In this document: positions 10,609 to 19,856 of the stretch, piece by piece
Layout of the letters: each line of letters opens with the position of its first letter
Numbering within the stretch: the first letter of the stretch is position 1
Origin: Promethearchaeati archaeon
GTDB lineage: Archaea > Asgardarchaeota > Heimdallarchaeia > Heimdallarchaeales > Heimdallarchaeaceae
DNA length: 64,000 nt
Assembly (NCBI GenBank): GCA_013166775.1
Contig: JABLTJ010000007.1
Span: 156,551 to 220,550 of the forward strand
Direction of reading: 5' to 3'
Notes under the pieces: model-generated
Told to the model about the DNA's origin: nothing
Database searches by the model: none
Seen by the model: only the letters and a program-made list of their open reading frames with translations
Translations under genes and position numbers: made by a program

Positions 10609-13506
10609 TTATTCCAATCCACGACTTTCTAGAATATTCTTTAAGAAAGGTATTCGTATTAGATATCTGAACGCTTCAATAACAAGACACAGTCCTATAG
10701 TGAATCCGAGAATGAATACCCAATCAATACCCCTCAAGAAGAAGTAATATCCGTCAGTAAAACTACTGAAAACAATACCTAACGGTCTAATGTAAACAGC
10801 TCCTAAAAGCAGTACCCAAGATAGTATTACTGCGAAAATAAGGTATCTGTTCTTGAAAGGCCGAGATTTAATCAAAGACGTTTCATTGTCATTCCGAGCA
10901 ACGAAAACAAACCAAAGCTCAAAGGAGAGCGTCGTAACAAATGCCATGACTTGAGAATAAGCTAGTTTATTTTGTGTGATGAAAGCAGTTGCAGCTTCTC
11001 CAGTTAAGCCTAATCTTAAAGCTTCTTGCTCAAAGATAGTAAAACCAAGAGCATTGTATCCAATTAAGAAGATTCCAACTGATGCAAAGAAAGCAATAAT
11101 ACCTGCAAGGACAGCAAAGATGTACATATCTTTTACAAAGGAGGACTGTTTACCCCTTGGAGGTCTCTGCATTAATTTAGGATCATATGGATCAAAGGAA
11201 AGAGCTAAAGCAGGTAAAGCATCAGTAAGAAGGTTAAGGAATAATATTTGTAATGGTAGGAAAGGAAGAATACCCATAGTTGCTGTAATAATCAGAACAG
11301 CAAAAATCTCATCAAAGTTTGCAGAGAGTAAATAACGAATGAATTTCTTCATATTTGCGAAAATATTTCGACCTTCTTCAACAGCAGCAACAATGGTACT
11401 AAAAGCATCATCAGTAATAACCATATCAGCTGTTTCTTTTGTAACATCAGTTCCTGTGATACCCATCGCAATACCTATATCAGCTTTCTTGATAGCTGGT
11501 GCATCGTTGACTCCATCACCTGTACAAGCTACTATGTGATCTAACTTTTGCAATGTTTCGACTACTCTGTATTTATCTTTTGGACTCATTCTGCTGTAAA
11601 CTTTTACTTTTTCGATTATTTTTTCTAATTCCTCATCTGTCATTAAAGCGAAATCTTCACCTTTAACAATTAAATCTTTATCGCTTTCAATTATACCAAT
11701 TTCTTTCGCAACTGCTATTGCTGTAGGTTCTTGATCTCCAGTAATCATAACTGAAGTAATTCCAGCATTCTTACATTCTTCTACTGAAGCTTTTACTTCT
11801 GGTCTTGCTGGATCAATCATTCCAGTTAATCCTACAAATATCATGTCAGTTTCTATCTCATCTATCATTTCTTTATTGTAATTATCAGGTAATTCTTTAT
11901 ATGCAACTGCAAGAACTCTTAGTGCTTTTTTTGCCATCTGTAGATTAGCATCCAAAATCTCTTTCTCAAGCGCTTTGGTTATTTTTAGCGATTTTCCAGA
12001 TGTCAGAACTGTGTTACATCTAGTGAGTACTATAGGAGGACTTCCTTTCATATAGGCAATTTTCTTCCCATTAACAATGTTAACAGTTGTCATTCTCTTT
12101 CTATCAGAATCAAAGAAAATTTCGTGGTCTCTCTTATTAAGCATCTTTTCTGTATAACCCGCTTTTTCAGCTAAAACAACTAGCGCAGCTTCTGTGGGAT
12201 CTCCTTTGACATCAATTCTATCTCCATTTCTAAGAATCCCTGAGTTATTGCAATGATAGACTGCATCCATTGTTTTTACAAGAGCTTTATTTTCCATTGG
12301 ATCTATTTTTCTTCCATCATGAGTAAAGTCTCCTTCAAGAAGATACCCAGATCCACCAACTTCTATTTTCCCATCGAAAGTCCATGCTTCTTTAACTGTC
12401 ATTTCATTTCTAGTCAAAGTACCGGTTTTATCTGAACAGATGTAATCCACAGAACCTAGTGTTTCAACCGCTGGTAGTCTCGAAACAATAGTCTTCTTTT
12501 TAGCCATTCTTGACACACCAATGGCCAATGTAATTACAATTGCAGCAGGTAATCCTTCTGGAACAGCTGAGATTGCTAATGCAATTGCGGTTTCAAATCC
12601 TTCAAAAGCTGCTATCGCGTAACTCACATCTGCATGTTTTGTTAAAATTTCTACAACCATCACCACAGCACAGATTGCTAAGATGATTATTCCTAAAACT
12701 TTCCCAAATCTATCTAGTGCTTTTTGTAATGGTGTGTGTTCATGTTTTACTTGCGTCAATTCAGCTATTTTACCCATTTCAGTATTCATTCCAGTTGAAA
12801 CAACTATAGCTTTTCCTCTTCCATATACGCAAGTACATCCACTGAAAATCATATTTTTCTTATCATGGGTTCTAGCTTTAGCAGGTACTAGATCCAGATT
12901 TTTGGTAATTGGATGTGATTCTCCTGTAAGTGGAGCTTCATCTACTTTGAAATTATTAACTTCAAACAATCTACAATCAGCAGGGATTTTTTCTCCTACT
13001 TCCAAAAGAACAATATCTCCTGGAACAAGATCACTTGCGTGAATAATCTGTTCTTTTCCTTCTCTAATTACTAAAACATCTTGTTCGAAATATTCTTTCA
13101 ACTTCTCTAAGGCTTGATTGGACCTAAAGTTTTGAACAAAGCCTATTATAGCATTGATAATAACTATCGCAAATATTGCTATTGCGTCATAGATTTCCGA
13201 TCCTAAATGTCCAGGAGAAGTATTTTTGATACCAAATCCCAAGCTAATAAAACCAGCAGCAATAAGCAAAAGTACAAGAAAATCTGTGAATTGCTCAAAA
13301 ATCATTTTGAGAATCTTGAATTTTTCTGTAATTGTAATTTTGTTTGGTCCATGAATCTCGAGCTTAGATATAACATCACGGTCCCATAATCCTTTCTCAT
13401 CTGATCCTAGTTTCTTCAATATTTCCTTAGTTTTCATATTGTGCCAAGATACTTCTTCTACAACCTCTGTAGCGACTTCTTTCTTTCTATTCTTCGACAT
13501 TTCCAC
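10609..13506 (-). CDS. P-type Ca2+-ATPase, P2A/SERCA-like
   Basis: TGES, VPEGL, DKTGTLT, MITGD, GDGVND; TM5 SANFDE, TM6 NLLTD, TM8 Glu. Confidence 0.92.
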   Translation of the reverse strand: MEMSKNRKKEVATEVVEEVSWHNMKTKEILKKLGSDEKGLWDRDVISKLEIHGPNKITITEKFKILKMIFEQFTDFLVLLLIAAGFISLGFGIKNTSPGHLGSEIYDAIAIFAIVIINAIIGFVQNFRSNQALEKLKEYFEQDVLVIREGKEQIIHASDLVPGDIVLLEVGEKIPADCRLFEVNNFKVDEAPLTGESHPITKNLDLVPAKARTHDKKNMIFSGCTCVYGRGKAIVVSTGMNTEMGKIAELTQVKHEHTPLQKALDRFGKVLGIIILAICAVVMVVEILTKHADVSYAIAAFEGFETAIALAISAVPEGLPAAIVITLAIGVSRMAKKKTIVSRLPAVETLGSVDYICSDKTGTLTRNEMTVKEAWTFDGKIEVGGSGYLLEGDFTHDGRKIDPMENKALVKTMDAVYHCNNSGILRNGDRIDVKGDPTEAALVVLAEKAGYTEKMLNKRDHEIFFDSDRKRMTTVNIVNGKKIAYMKGSPPIVLTRCNTVLTSGKSLKITKALEKEILDANLQMAKKALRVLAVAYKELPDNYNKEMIDEIETDMIFVGLTGMIDPARPEVKASVEECKNAGITSVMITGDQEPTAIAVAKEIGIIESDKDLIVKGEDFALMTDEELEKIIEKVKVYSRMSPKDKYRVVETLQKLDHIVACTGDGVNDAPAIKKADIGIAMGITGTDVTKETADMVITDDAFSTIVAAVEEGRNIFANMKKFIRYLLSANFDEIFAVLIITATMGILPFLPLQILFLNLLTDALPALALSFDPYDPKLMQRPPRGKQSSFVKDMYIFAVLAGIIAFFASVGIFLIGYNALGFTIFEQEALRLGLTGEAATAFITQNKLAYSQVMAFVTTLSFELWFVFVARNDNETSLIKSRPFKNRYLIFAVILSWVLLLGAVYIRPLGIVFSSFTDGYYFFLRGIDWVFILGFTIGLCLVIEAFRYLIRIPFLKNILESRGLE

Positions 13507-13535
13507 ACCTTTTAATGTTCGGTGCCTCGCACACT

Positions 13536-13553
13536 TCAGAATAGTGTTTCTGA
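13536..13553. promoter_or_regulatory. Perfect 6-6-6 dyad (TCAGAA-tagtgt-TTCTGA), putative operator of the Ca-ATPase promoter
   Basis: Lies between a minus-strand TTTTTAAA TATA-like box (~13559-13566) and the start codon. Confidence 0.4.
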
Positions 13554-13624
13554 TTACCTTTAAAAACTTTTTTTGAGAGTCATAAGGATATATATCACTG
13601 TTTCAATATATGTATAATCGGAGA

Positions 13625-14764
13625 TTAAATCAAAGAAGCTAAAGTTGATACAAACGTATCCAAATCCTCTTTAGTGTTATAGAAATGAGGGCTTATTCTA
13701 ATACCACCAAATCTACTGGATGTTACAATTTGCTTAGTTCTAAGTTTCTTAACTATCTCAATGTTATTTTCTACTCTTAAGTTTATTATCCCAGACCTGT
13801 TTTCTTTTGCTAATGGTGAGACAATTTTGGTTCCTTTCAAATTTGATAACTCTTCGATAAGATAATCTGTAAGTTGGAAAATTCTTTCTTGTACTTTTTC
13901 TATGCCATAATCCAGAATTATCTGCATTCCTTCACTAGCAATCCAATAGAGAAAATCTCCAGGATTTATGTCTGTAAATTTCTCAATAGAAGATTGATAC
14001 TCTAGCTTCTTGACATCCCAATAAGGTTCATCATGGGAACCAGGATCTGTTCCATAATATCCTGCAAATGGAGGAAAGAACTCATTTATCAATTCTTTTT
14101 TCATATAGATAAATCCTCTTTGACTTGGTCCAAGCAACCATTTTGCTACTCCACAAGTCAGAAAATCAACATTCCATTTTTTCACATCATTGATTAAAGC
14201 TCCTGTTGATTGAATTGTATCTACAACAATGTAAGCGTCATTTTCATGGGCTATTTTTGAAATCTCTTCTAGATTAGCTCTGGAACCTGTCAACCATTGA
14301 ACATGTGATAAGAGAACTAGGACTGTATTCTTATCAATCCTTTCCGCAAAAAACTCTGGATCTAAAGTATTATCTTTATCCTGAACAGGTCTATATTCAA
14401 TTTTTCTTGTTTTTTCGAGATAAAGCGCTTGATATACTTGTCCTGCATAATCATTCCAAAAACAAACAATATTGCTATCTTTCTCATATTGCATCATGTT
14501 TGTAACAAGTTTTGAACCATGAGTAACATCTGGAGAGAAAGTAACTTCTTCTTTTGAAGCATTGATTAATTTAGCGAATTTTTCTCGAGCTCCTAACCGA
14601 ACTTCTCTATTCTTAGAAAAATCGTAGGACTTCCATTTATCTAAATAACGATTTGCAGCTTTCAAAGTTCTTCCATGCAAAGGTCCTCTAGAGGCATGAT
14701 TAAGAAAAACAATTTCATTTAATGTAGGGGATTCTTCACGAATCTTTCTGACATATGAATCCAT
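13625..14764 (-). CDS. Class V PLP-dependent aminotransferase/desulfurase-like enzyme
   Basis: FLNHASRGP, VVDTIQSTG, CGVAKWLLGP (PLP Lys), IRISPHFYN. Confidence 0.9.
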   Translation of the reverse strand: MDSYVRKIREESPTLNEIVFLNHASRGPLHGRTLKAANRYLDKWKSYDFSKNREVRLGAREKFAKLINASKEEVTFSPDVTHGSKLVTNMMQYEKDSNIVCFWNDYAGQVYQALYLEKTRKIEYRPVQDKDNTLDPEFFAERIDKNTVLVLLSHVQWLTGSRANLEEISKIAHENDAYIVVDTIQSTGALINDVKKWNVDFLTCGVAKWLLGPSQRGFIYMKKELINEFFPPFAGYYGTDPGSHDEPYWDVKKLEYQSSIEKFTDINPGDFLYWIASEGMQIILDYGIEKVQERIFQLTDYLIEELSNLKGTKIVSPLAKENRSGIINLRVENNIEIVKKLRTKQIVTSSRFGGIRISPHFYNTKEDLDTFVSTLASLI

Positions 14765-14803
14765 AAAGAGTCGATTTTTTCTCTCCCTAAATACTTTTCC
14801 GAA

Positions 14804-15358
14804 TTATTTTGCTCTGGCATCGTGATTTTTTATCATAGATTCTACGAGCAGATCTATAGCAACAACTAAACCTTTACCACTCTTTGCAGATAACTCGACA
14901 TAATGATTTTCAATACCATCGACTCTTGTAGTTCTATTTAATCTAAAAATATACTCTTGTGGGTCTATTGGATTAAGAGTTCTTTGGCTTGTTGCTCTTA
15001 AATCAGATTTGTTACCAACTAATAAAATAGGTACTTTTCCAGTACCTGAATAATTCATCAGCTCCTCCAACCAAAATGGAGCATGACGAAATGAATCTGG
15101 ACGACTTATATCAAAAATAATAATCGCTCCTGTTGCGTTCTTGTAATGCTTAGAGCGTTTGTCACTTGTCAATTCTTTACCTGGTATGTCATAAAGATTA
15201 ACTGTGACTTCTCTTCCGCCTATATTTCTTTTAAATTCTATCAAATCGAGCATAATTGATGGCTTTCTTTCCGCTTCAGGAATATTTTTTAGAAATTGAC
15301 TAAAAATTGTTGATTTTCCGGTACCATAATCACCTAGTACTAAGATTTTTAATAACAT
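14804..15358 (-). CDS. Rab-like small GTPase, divergent
   Basis: GDYGTGKS, YDIPG, GNKSD, ELSAK. Confidence 0.85.
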   Translation of the reverse strand: MLLKILVLGDYGTGKSTIFSQFLKNIPEAERKPSIMLDLIEFKRNIGGREVTVNLYDIPGKELTSDKRSKHYKNATGAIIIFDISRPDSFRHAPFWLEELMNYSGTGKVPILLVGNKSDLRATSQRTLNPIDPQEYIFRLNRTTRVDGIENHYVELSAKSGKGLVVAIDLLVESMIKNHDARAK

Positions 15359-15417
15359 TTTATGACCACAATAACTAACTTGTTTTCTTCGTTATGAAAA
15401 ACTTATTGTTTGAGTAG

Positions 15418-15969
15418 CTAGAAACTTGCTCGAATTGCTTTTCCTAGTTTTTCAAAAGCTGTATCTATGTTCAAACCTGTTTTTGCACTTGTTTCCAGCA
15501 GATGATTTGTTACACCAAAACTAGCAGTTCCTTCGTTCAAGATTCTTATGAATTTCTCAGCTTGCTTCAGATTTACGCTTTTACGATTTCTTAAATCCGT
15601 TTTATTTGCTAGAAGAATAATCGGGATAGCTTCTTTTCCACAGTATTGATACACTTCTCTTACCCACATTGTGCAATTCTTGAAAGTATTTCTATCAGTT
15701 ACATCAAAAACTAAGAGAGCTCCCATACTCCCTCTATAGAATCGAGGTCGAACCTCTGAAAACATTGGTTGACCAGCTACATCCCAGATTTGAAATTTCC
15801 AGATCTCATTTGGTACCATTTCTTTTTCAGTAACAGCGAAATCTGCCCCTAAAGTCATCAGATGTGAACTAGAAAAGCCGTAACCCATGTAACGGTTTCT
15901 TATAGAAGTTTTACCTACAGCTCCATCTCCTACAAGAGTGATTTTGAAAACGTATTCAGCTTTACTCAC
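15418..15969 (-). CDS. Rab-like small GTPase
   Basis: GDGAVGKTS, TLGADF, WDVAGQ, NKTD, ETSAK. Confidence 0.93.
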   Translation of the reverse strand: MSKAEYVFKITLVGDGAVGKTSIRNRYMGYGFSSSHLMTLGADFAVTEKEMVPNEIWKFQIWDVAGQPMFSEVRPRFYRGSMGALLVFDVTDRNTFKNCTMWVREVYQYCGKEAIPIILLANKTDLRNRKSVNLKQAEKFIRILNEGTASFGVTNHLLETSAKTGLNIDTAFEKLGKAIRASF

Positions 15970-16077
15970 AATTATCTGATTCAGATAGTCTCTAAAAAAG
16001 TTAATTATTACCCAGAATTATGTTTCGTTTATCTCGTTACAACAAGATTTTTAACATAGTCATTTTATTTTCCGTTA

Positions 16078-17382
16078 ATGCCAGAAGTTAAAAGTCGATT
16101 CCCTATTATTGCTTTAGCAGCTCTAATTTTTGGTCATTTCCTTAACCACTTTTACGCTTACGTTTTAGGAGCTTCTTTATTCATTGTTAGAGATTTTATT
16201 GAAATGACAAATGCTCAGATTGGATTGATTAGCACCGCTCAGATAATAATTTTTGCAGTCTGCAGTGTTGTAGTTGGAATCACTGGGGACAGATGGCTAG
16301 AAAGCAAGAATATCTATGTTCCTCTAGGGATTCTGCTAATGGGAGGAAGTATGTTCATAGTTGCCTATTCTTACAACTTCATAGGATTAATTATTTCAGC
16401 ATTAATGGTTGGTTTTGGAGCATCCTTCTATCATCCAGTTGCTTATGCTTCAATTGCTGATCTATTTGAAGAGAAAAAAGGAGTGGCAATGGGATTTAAT
16501 ACTGCACTTGGAATGATGGGAACCTCAATAACTCCTTTTCTTGTGGTTGTATTTAATAATTGGATAGGGTGGAGGAATTTCTTTAAGGCATTCGGAGTGA
16601 TAGCTATAGCACTCTCAATCGGGATGTTCGCAATATTTCATTATATGATAGAGTATCGAAGATCAGAAGAAGAACTGAAAGAAATTCAAGATAGTAAGTC
16701 AATGAATATGGAAGGAAAAATCAACCGATGGTTCAAAAAGGAATTATTAGTTGTCCTAACATTTTTCATAGTAGTTTGCTTATTCTATTCAGTATTTAGA
16801 ACTGGGATTTTCAGAGTCACGAATCAATTCCTATCAATAATTTTCGTAGATTATTACAATTTCAGTCTATTTGAAGCAGGATGGATTACCACAGTGATAC
16901 TGGTTATTGGCGGTTTAACTTCGATTGCAGGTGGGTTTACGAGTGACAAAATTGCTACAAGTTTAACCATGTTTATTTCAACTACTGGAGCAGTTATTAT
17001 GCTTATATTTTTAGTAACTTTAGGTAACGTAGTTTCAGGATCAGGCGCTATTGTTCTGTTCTTTGTCTTCATAGCATTCCTATATTTCTCAGCAGCTGCT
17101 GGAACAAAATATGTGACAGAAAACGTTCCCCAGAAATCAAGATCTTTAGCATTAGGTTTTCTCTTTGCAATTCCAAGTTCAATAGCTGGAGTCTTTCCAT
17201 GGGCTTTCGGTAGTATTCTTGATAAATCAACTCATATCTGGGCTTTTGTTTTCTTGTTAGCTTTAGCTTCTATGGCATTTATTATGACAATAGTATTGGT
17301 AACAAAAGACTGGAGAGCAGGTGTGTTTAGAAGAAAAGAACAAAGAACATTAGATATCATGCCCACAGATGAGTCGATTTAG
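16078..17382 (+). CDS. MFS transporter
   Basis: About 12 TM helices, GITGDRW, GFGASFYHP. Confidence 0.88.
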   Translation: MPEVKSRFPIIALAALIFGHFLNHFYAYVLGASLFIVRDFIEMTNAQIGLISTAQIIIFAVCSVVVGITGDRWLESKNIYVPLGILLMGGSMFIVAYSYNFIGLIISALMVGFGASFYHPVAYASIADLFEEKKGVAMGFNTALGMMGTSITPFLVVVFNNWIGWRNFFKAFGVIAIALSIGMFAIFHYMIEYRRSEEELKEIQDSKSMNMEGKINRWFKKELLVVLTFFIVVCLFYSVFRTGIFRVTNQFLSIIFVDYYNFSLFEAGWITTVILVIGGLTSIAGGFTSDKIATSLTMFISTTGAVIMLIFLVTLGNVVSGSGAIVLFFVFIAFLYFSAAAGTKYVTENVPQKSRSLALGFLFAIPSSIAGVFPWAFGSILDKSTHIWAFVFLLALASMAFIMTIVLVTKDWRAGVFRRKEQRTLDIMPTDESI

Positions 17383-17451
17383 TATCATTTAACTACTCTT
17401 CACAAATCTTAAATAATACGCCAAAACTCAAAAATAGCAAAAAAATAAAAA

Positions 17452-19755
17452 GTGAATATTATGGGTAATCTATTATTACTAATTGCATTATTGACTGGTG
17501 TACTTTCAATCGTAGCAGCGATCTATTTTACAATAATTGTAATGAGAGAAGATCGTGGAAATGAAAAGATGATTGAGGTCTCAGGATATATAGAAACAGG
17601 TGCGAAAAGCTTCCTCAAAGTCCAATATTTGGTATTAGGAGTATTTGTTTTCGTACTTTTCATAGTGATACTATTATTCTTACCAACAAAGATGACAGGA
17701 GGAGCAGTACCAGTAACTGCTGGAATCCTTAATTGGCAACAAGCTATTGCTTACCTTATTGGTTCAGGAGCTTCAATGTTTGCAGGATGGTTAGGATTAA
17801 TAGTTGGAGTAAAGACCAACACAAGAGCAGCACAAGGAGTAACAAAAGGTATCAAACAAGGATTTGATATCGCTTTCTTTGGTGGATCCGTTATGGGTCT
17901 AGCAGTAGTAGGTGTTGCATTAATAGGTGTTGGTGGAATCTATTGGATTTTTGCAGCAGATCCGGCTCAAGCAACCCAAATTGTTCTAGGGTTCAGCTTT
18001 GGAGCATCTGGAATTGCTTTATTCATGAAATGTGGAGGTGGAATTTATACCAAGACCGCAGATGTGGGTGCAGATCTAGTAGGTAAAGCTGAATACAATT
18101 TACCAGAAGATGATGTTAGAAATCCAGCAACTATAGCCGACAACGTCGGCGATAACGTCGGGGATATTGCAGGTATGGGATCTGATCTTCTAGACTCTTA
18201 TGTTGCATCCATCGTCGCAGCGATGATATTAGCTGTTATATTTGGTGCAACTGGAGCTGAAGCTGATTTCGTTATTTTACCAATACTTCTATCAGCAGCT
18301 GGTTTGATTGCTTCACTGATTGGTATATTCCTAATCAAATACTTCGGTGGAGACAATCCAGGTAAATCTTTGAATCTTGGAACTTATCTTGCTACTGGAC
18401 TTTTTGCACTTTTTGCAGCTGTTATCATAGGAATCATGATTGCTTCTATTCCTGATACAGTGGTTGATCGTGGTGCTGCAATCTGGCAATATTGGAAAGA
18501 TTACATTGCAGTAGTTCTTGGACTGTTAGCAGGAATAGTTATTGGTTGGACAAGTGACTACTACACAAGAGATGATAAGAAGCCAACAAGAAGTATTGCT
18601 GAGGCAGCACAAGAAGGGCATGCAGTTGTTATCCTATCAGGATTTTCCTATGGGTTAATGAGTGTAGTACTTCCTTCTATTGGAATAATTGTAGCTATGG
18701 CAGTATCCTTCTTACTTGATGGTGTTTTTGGAGTAGCTATGGCAGCAGTTGGTATGCTAGCAATAGTTGGAACAATAGTATCCAATGATGCTTATGGACC
18801 AATTGTCGATAATTCACGAGCTATTGCTGAACAAGGTGGACTAGGAGAGGATATCATTCGTAAAGCTGATGCTCTAGATTCAGCAGGAAATACCGCTAAA
18901 GCAATCACTAAAGGATTCGCTATCGGTGCAGCTAATCTAGCAGTACTAGCGTTGCTGTTCTCATTCGTACATGAAGCAGGAATTGCCAGGATAGATATTT
19001 TGAATGTCAAAGTCTTGATTGGTGCATTCTTCGGTGTTGTAGTTCCAGCATTGTTTTCAGCACTACTAATTGTAGCAGTTCAAAGAAACGCTGCAAAAAT
19101 GGTCTTAGAGATTAGGAGACAATTCGAAGAAAATCCAGGTATCTTGGAAGGTACTGAACCAGCTGATTTCAATAGTACAATAGCTATTGCTACAAGAGGG
19201 GCATTAAGAGAATTAGTACTACCAAGTGTGATATCTATTCTTGTTCCAATAATGGTAGGAATAGTGTTCGGTGTAGCAGCTCTAGGAGCATTCTTAGCAG
19301 GAGCTATTCTGTCAGGATTCGTGTTCGCAATCATGATGGCTAACTCTGGTGGAGCATGGGATAATGCCAAAAAATTCATCGAAGACGGCAATCTAGGCGG
19401 AAAGGGAACTGAAGCCCACAAAGCATCTATTACTGGTGACACTGTTGGTGATCCATTCAAAGATACTGCAGGACCAAGTATTAACACATTACTAGTTGTT
19501 ATGTCATTAACAGCTTCTATCTTCATGGGTTTATTAGCCAAAATCAACTTTGGTGAAGGTTTATTCCCCGATGCATGGTTTGGTGTTGATAGTGTAACTG
19601 GTGTAACATCCGGATTATCTGGTGTCTTGAACACTGAGATTTGGGTTCTTATTGTTGTTCTAGTTTCCGTAGCAGCTTTAGCTATCTGTCTTTGGATTGT
19701 TATCAAACTCGTAAGATCTAAGAACATCATTCAAAAACTATTAAAGAAAGAGTAA
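17452..19755 (+). CDS. hppA: Membrane-bound H+-translocating pyrophosphatase, probably K+-independent
   Basis: GGGIYTKTADVGADLVGK, EDDVRNPATIADNVGDNVGD, GDTVGDPFKDT; GNTAKA has Lys at the K+-dependence position. Confidence 0.95.
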   Translation: MNIMGNLLLLIALLTGVLSIVAAIYFTIIVMREDRGNEKMIEVSGYIETGAKSFLKVQYLVLGVFVFVLFIVILLFLPTKMTGGAVPVTAGILNWQQAIAYLIGSGASMFAGWLGLIVGVKTNTRAAQGVTKGIKQGFDIAFFGGSVMGLAVVGVALIGVGGIYWIFAADPAQATQIVLGFSFGASGIALFMKCGGGIYTKTADVGADLVGKAEYNLPEDDVRNPATIADNVGDNVGDIAGMGSDLLDSYVASIVAAMILAVIFGATGAEADFVILPILLSAAGLIASLIGIFLIKYFGGDNPGKSLNLGTYLATGLFALFAAVIIGIMIASIPDTVVDRGAAIWQYWKDYIAVVLGLLAGIVIGWTSDYYTRDDKKPTRSIAEAAQEGHAVVILSGFSYGLMSVVLPSIGIIVAMAVSFLLDGVFGVAMAAVGMLAIVGTIVSNDAYGPIVDNSRAIAEQGGLGEDIIRKADALDSAGNTAKAITKGFAIGAANLAVLALLFSFVHEAGIARIDILNVKVLIGAFFGVVVPALFSALLIVAVQRNAAKMVLEIRRQFEENPGILEGTEPADFNSTIAIATRGALRELVLPSVISILVPIMVGIVFGVAALGAFLAGAILSGFVFAIMMANSGGAWDNAKKFIEDGNLGGKGTEAHKASITGDTVGDPFKDTAGPSINTLLVVMSLTASIFMGLLAKINFGEGLFPDAWFGVDSVTGVTSGLSGVLNTEIWVLIVVLVSVAALAICLWIVIKLVRSKNIIQKLLKKE

Positions 19756-19783
19756 TTCTACTCTCTTCTTCTTTTCTTTATTT
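19669..19783 (+). repeat. Array repeat copy 1: native hppA 3' end plus dyad/T-tract
   Basis: ...ATCTAAGAACATCATTCAAAAACTATTAAAGAAAGAGTAATTCTACTCTCTTCTTCTTTTCTTTATTT. Confidence 0.85.
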
Positions 19784-19856
19784 GACTCTTTATTCTTATG
19801 AACAATATTATCTTCTTTGAGGAAATCTTTTATTCCCATCTCTGGTTTTTGAACCA

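Noticed and set aside
19080-19730. 216-aa antisense ORF inside hppA, and other short opposite-strand ORFs (e.g. 10976-11335, 12683-13042, 32626-33000, 50756-51112, 60026-60373)
   Set aside because: Shadow frames fully overlapping well-supported genes, with no motifs.
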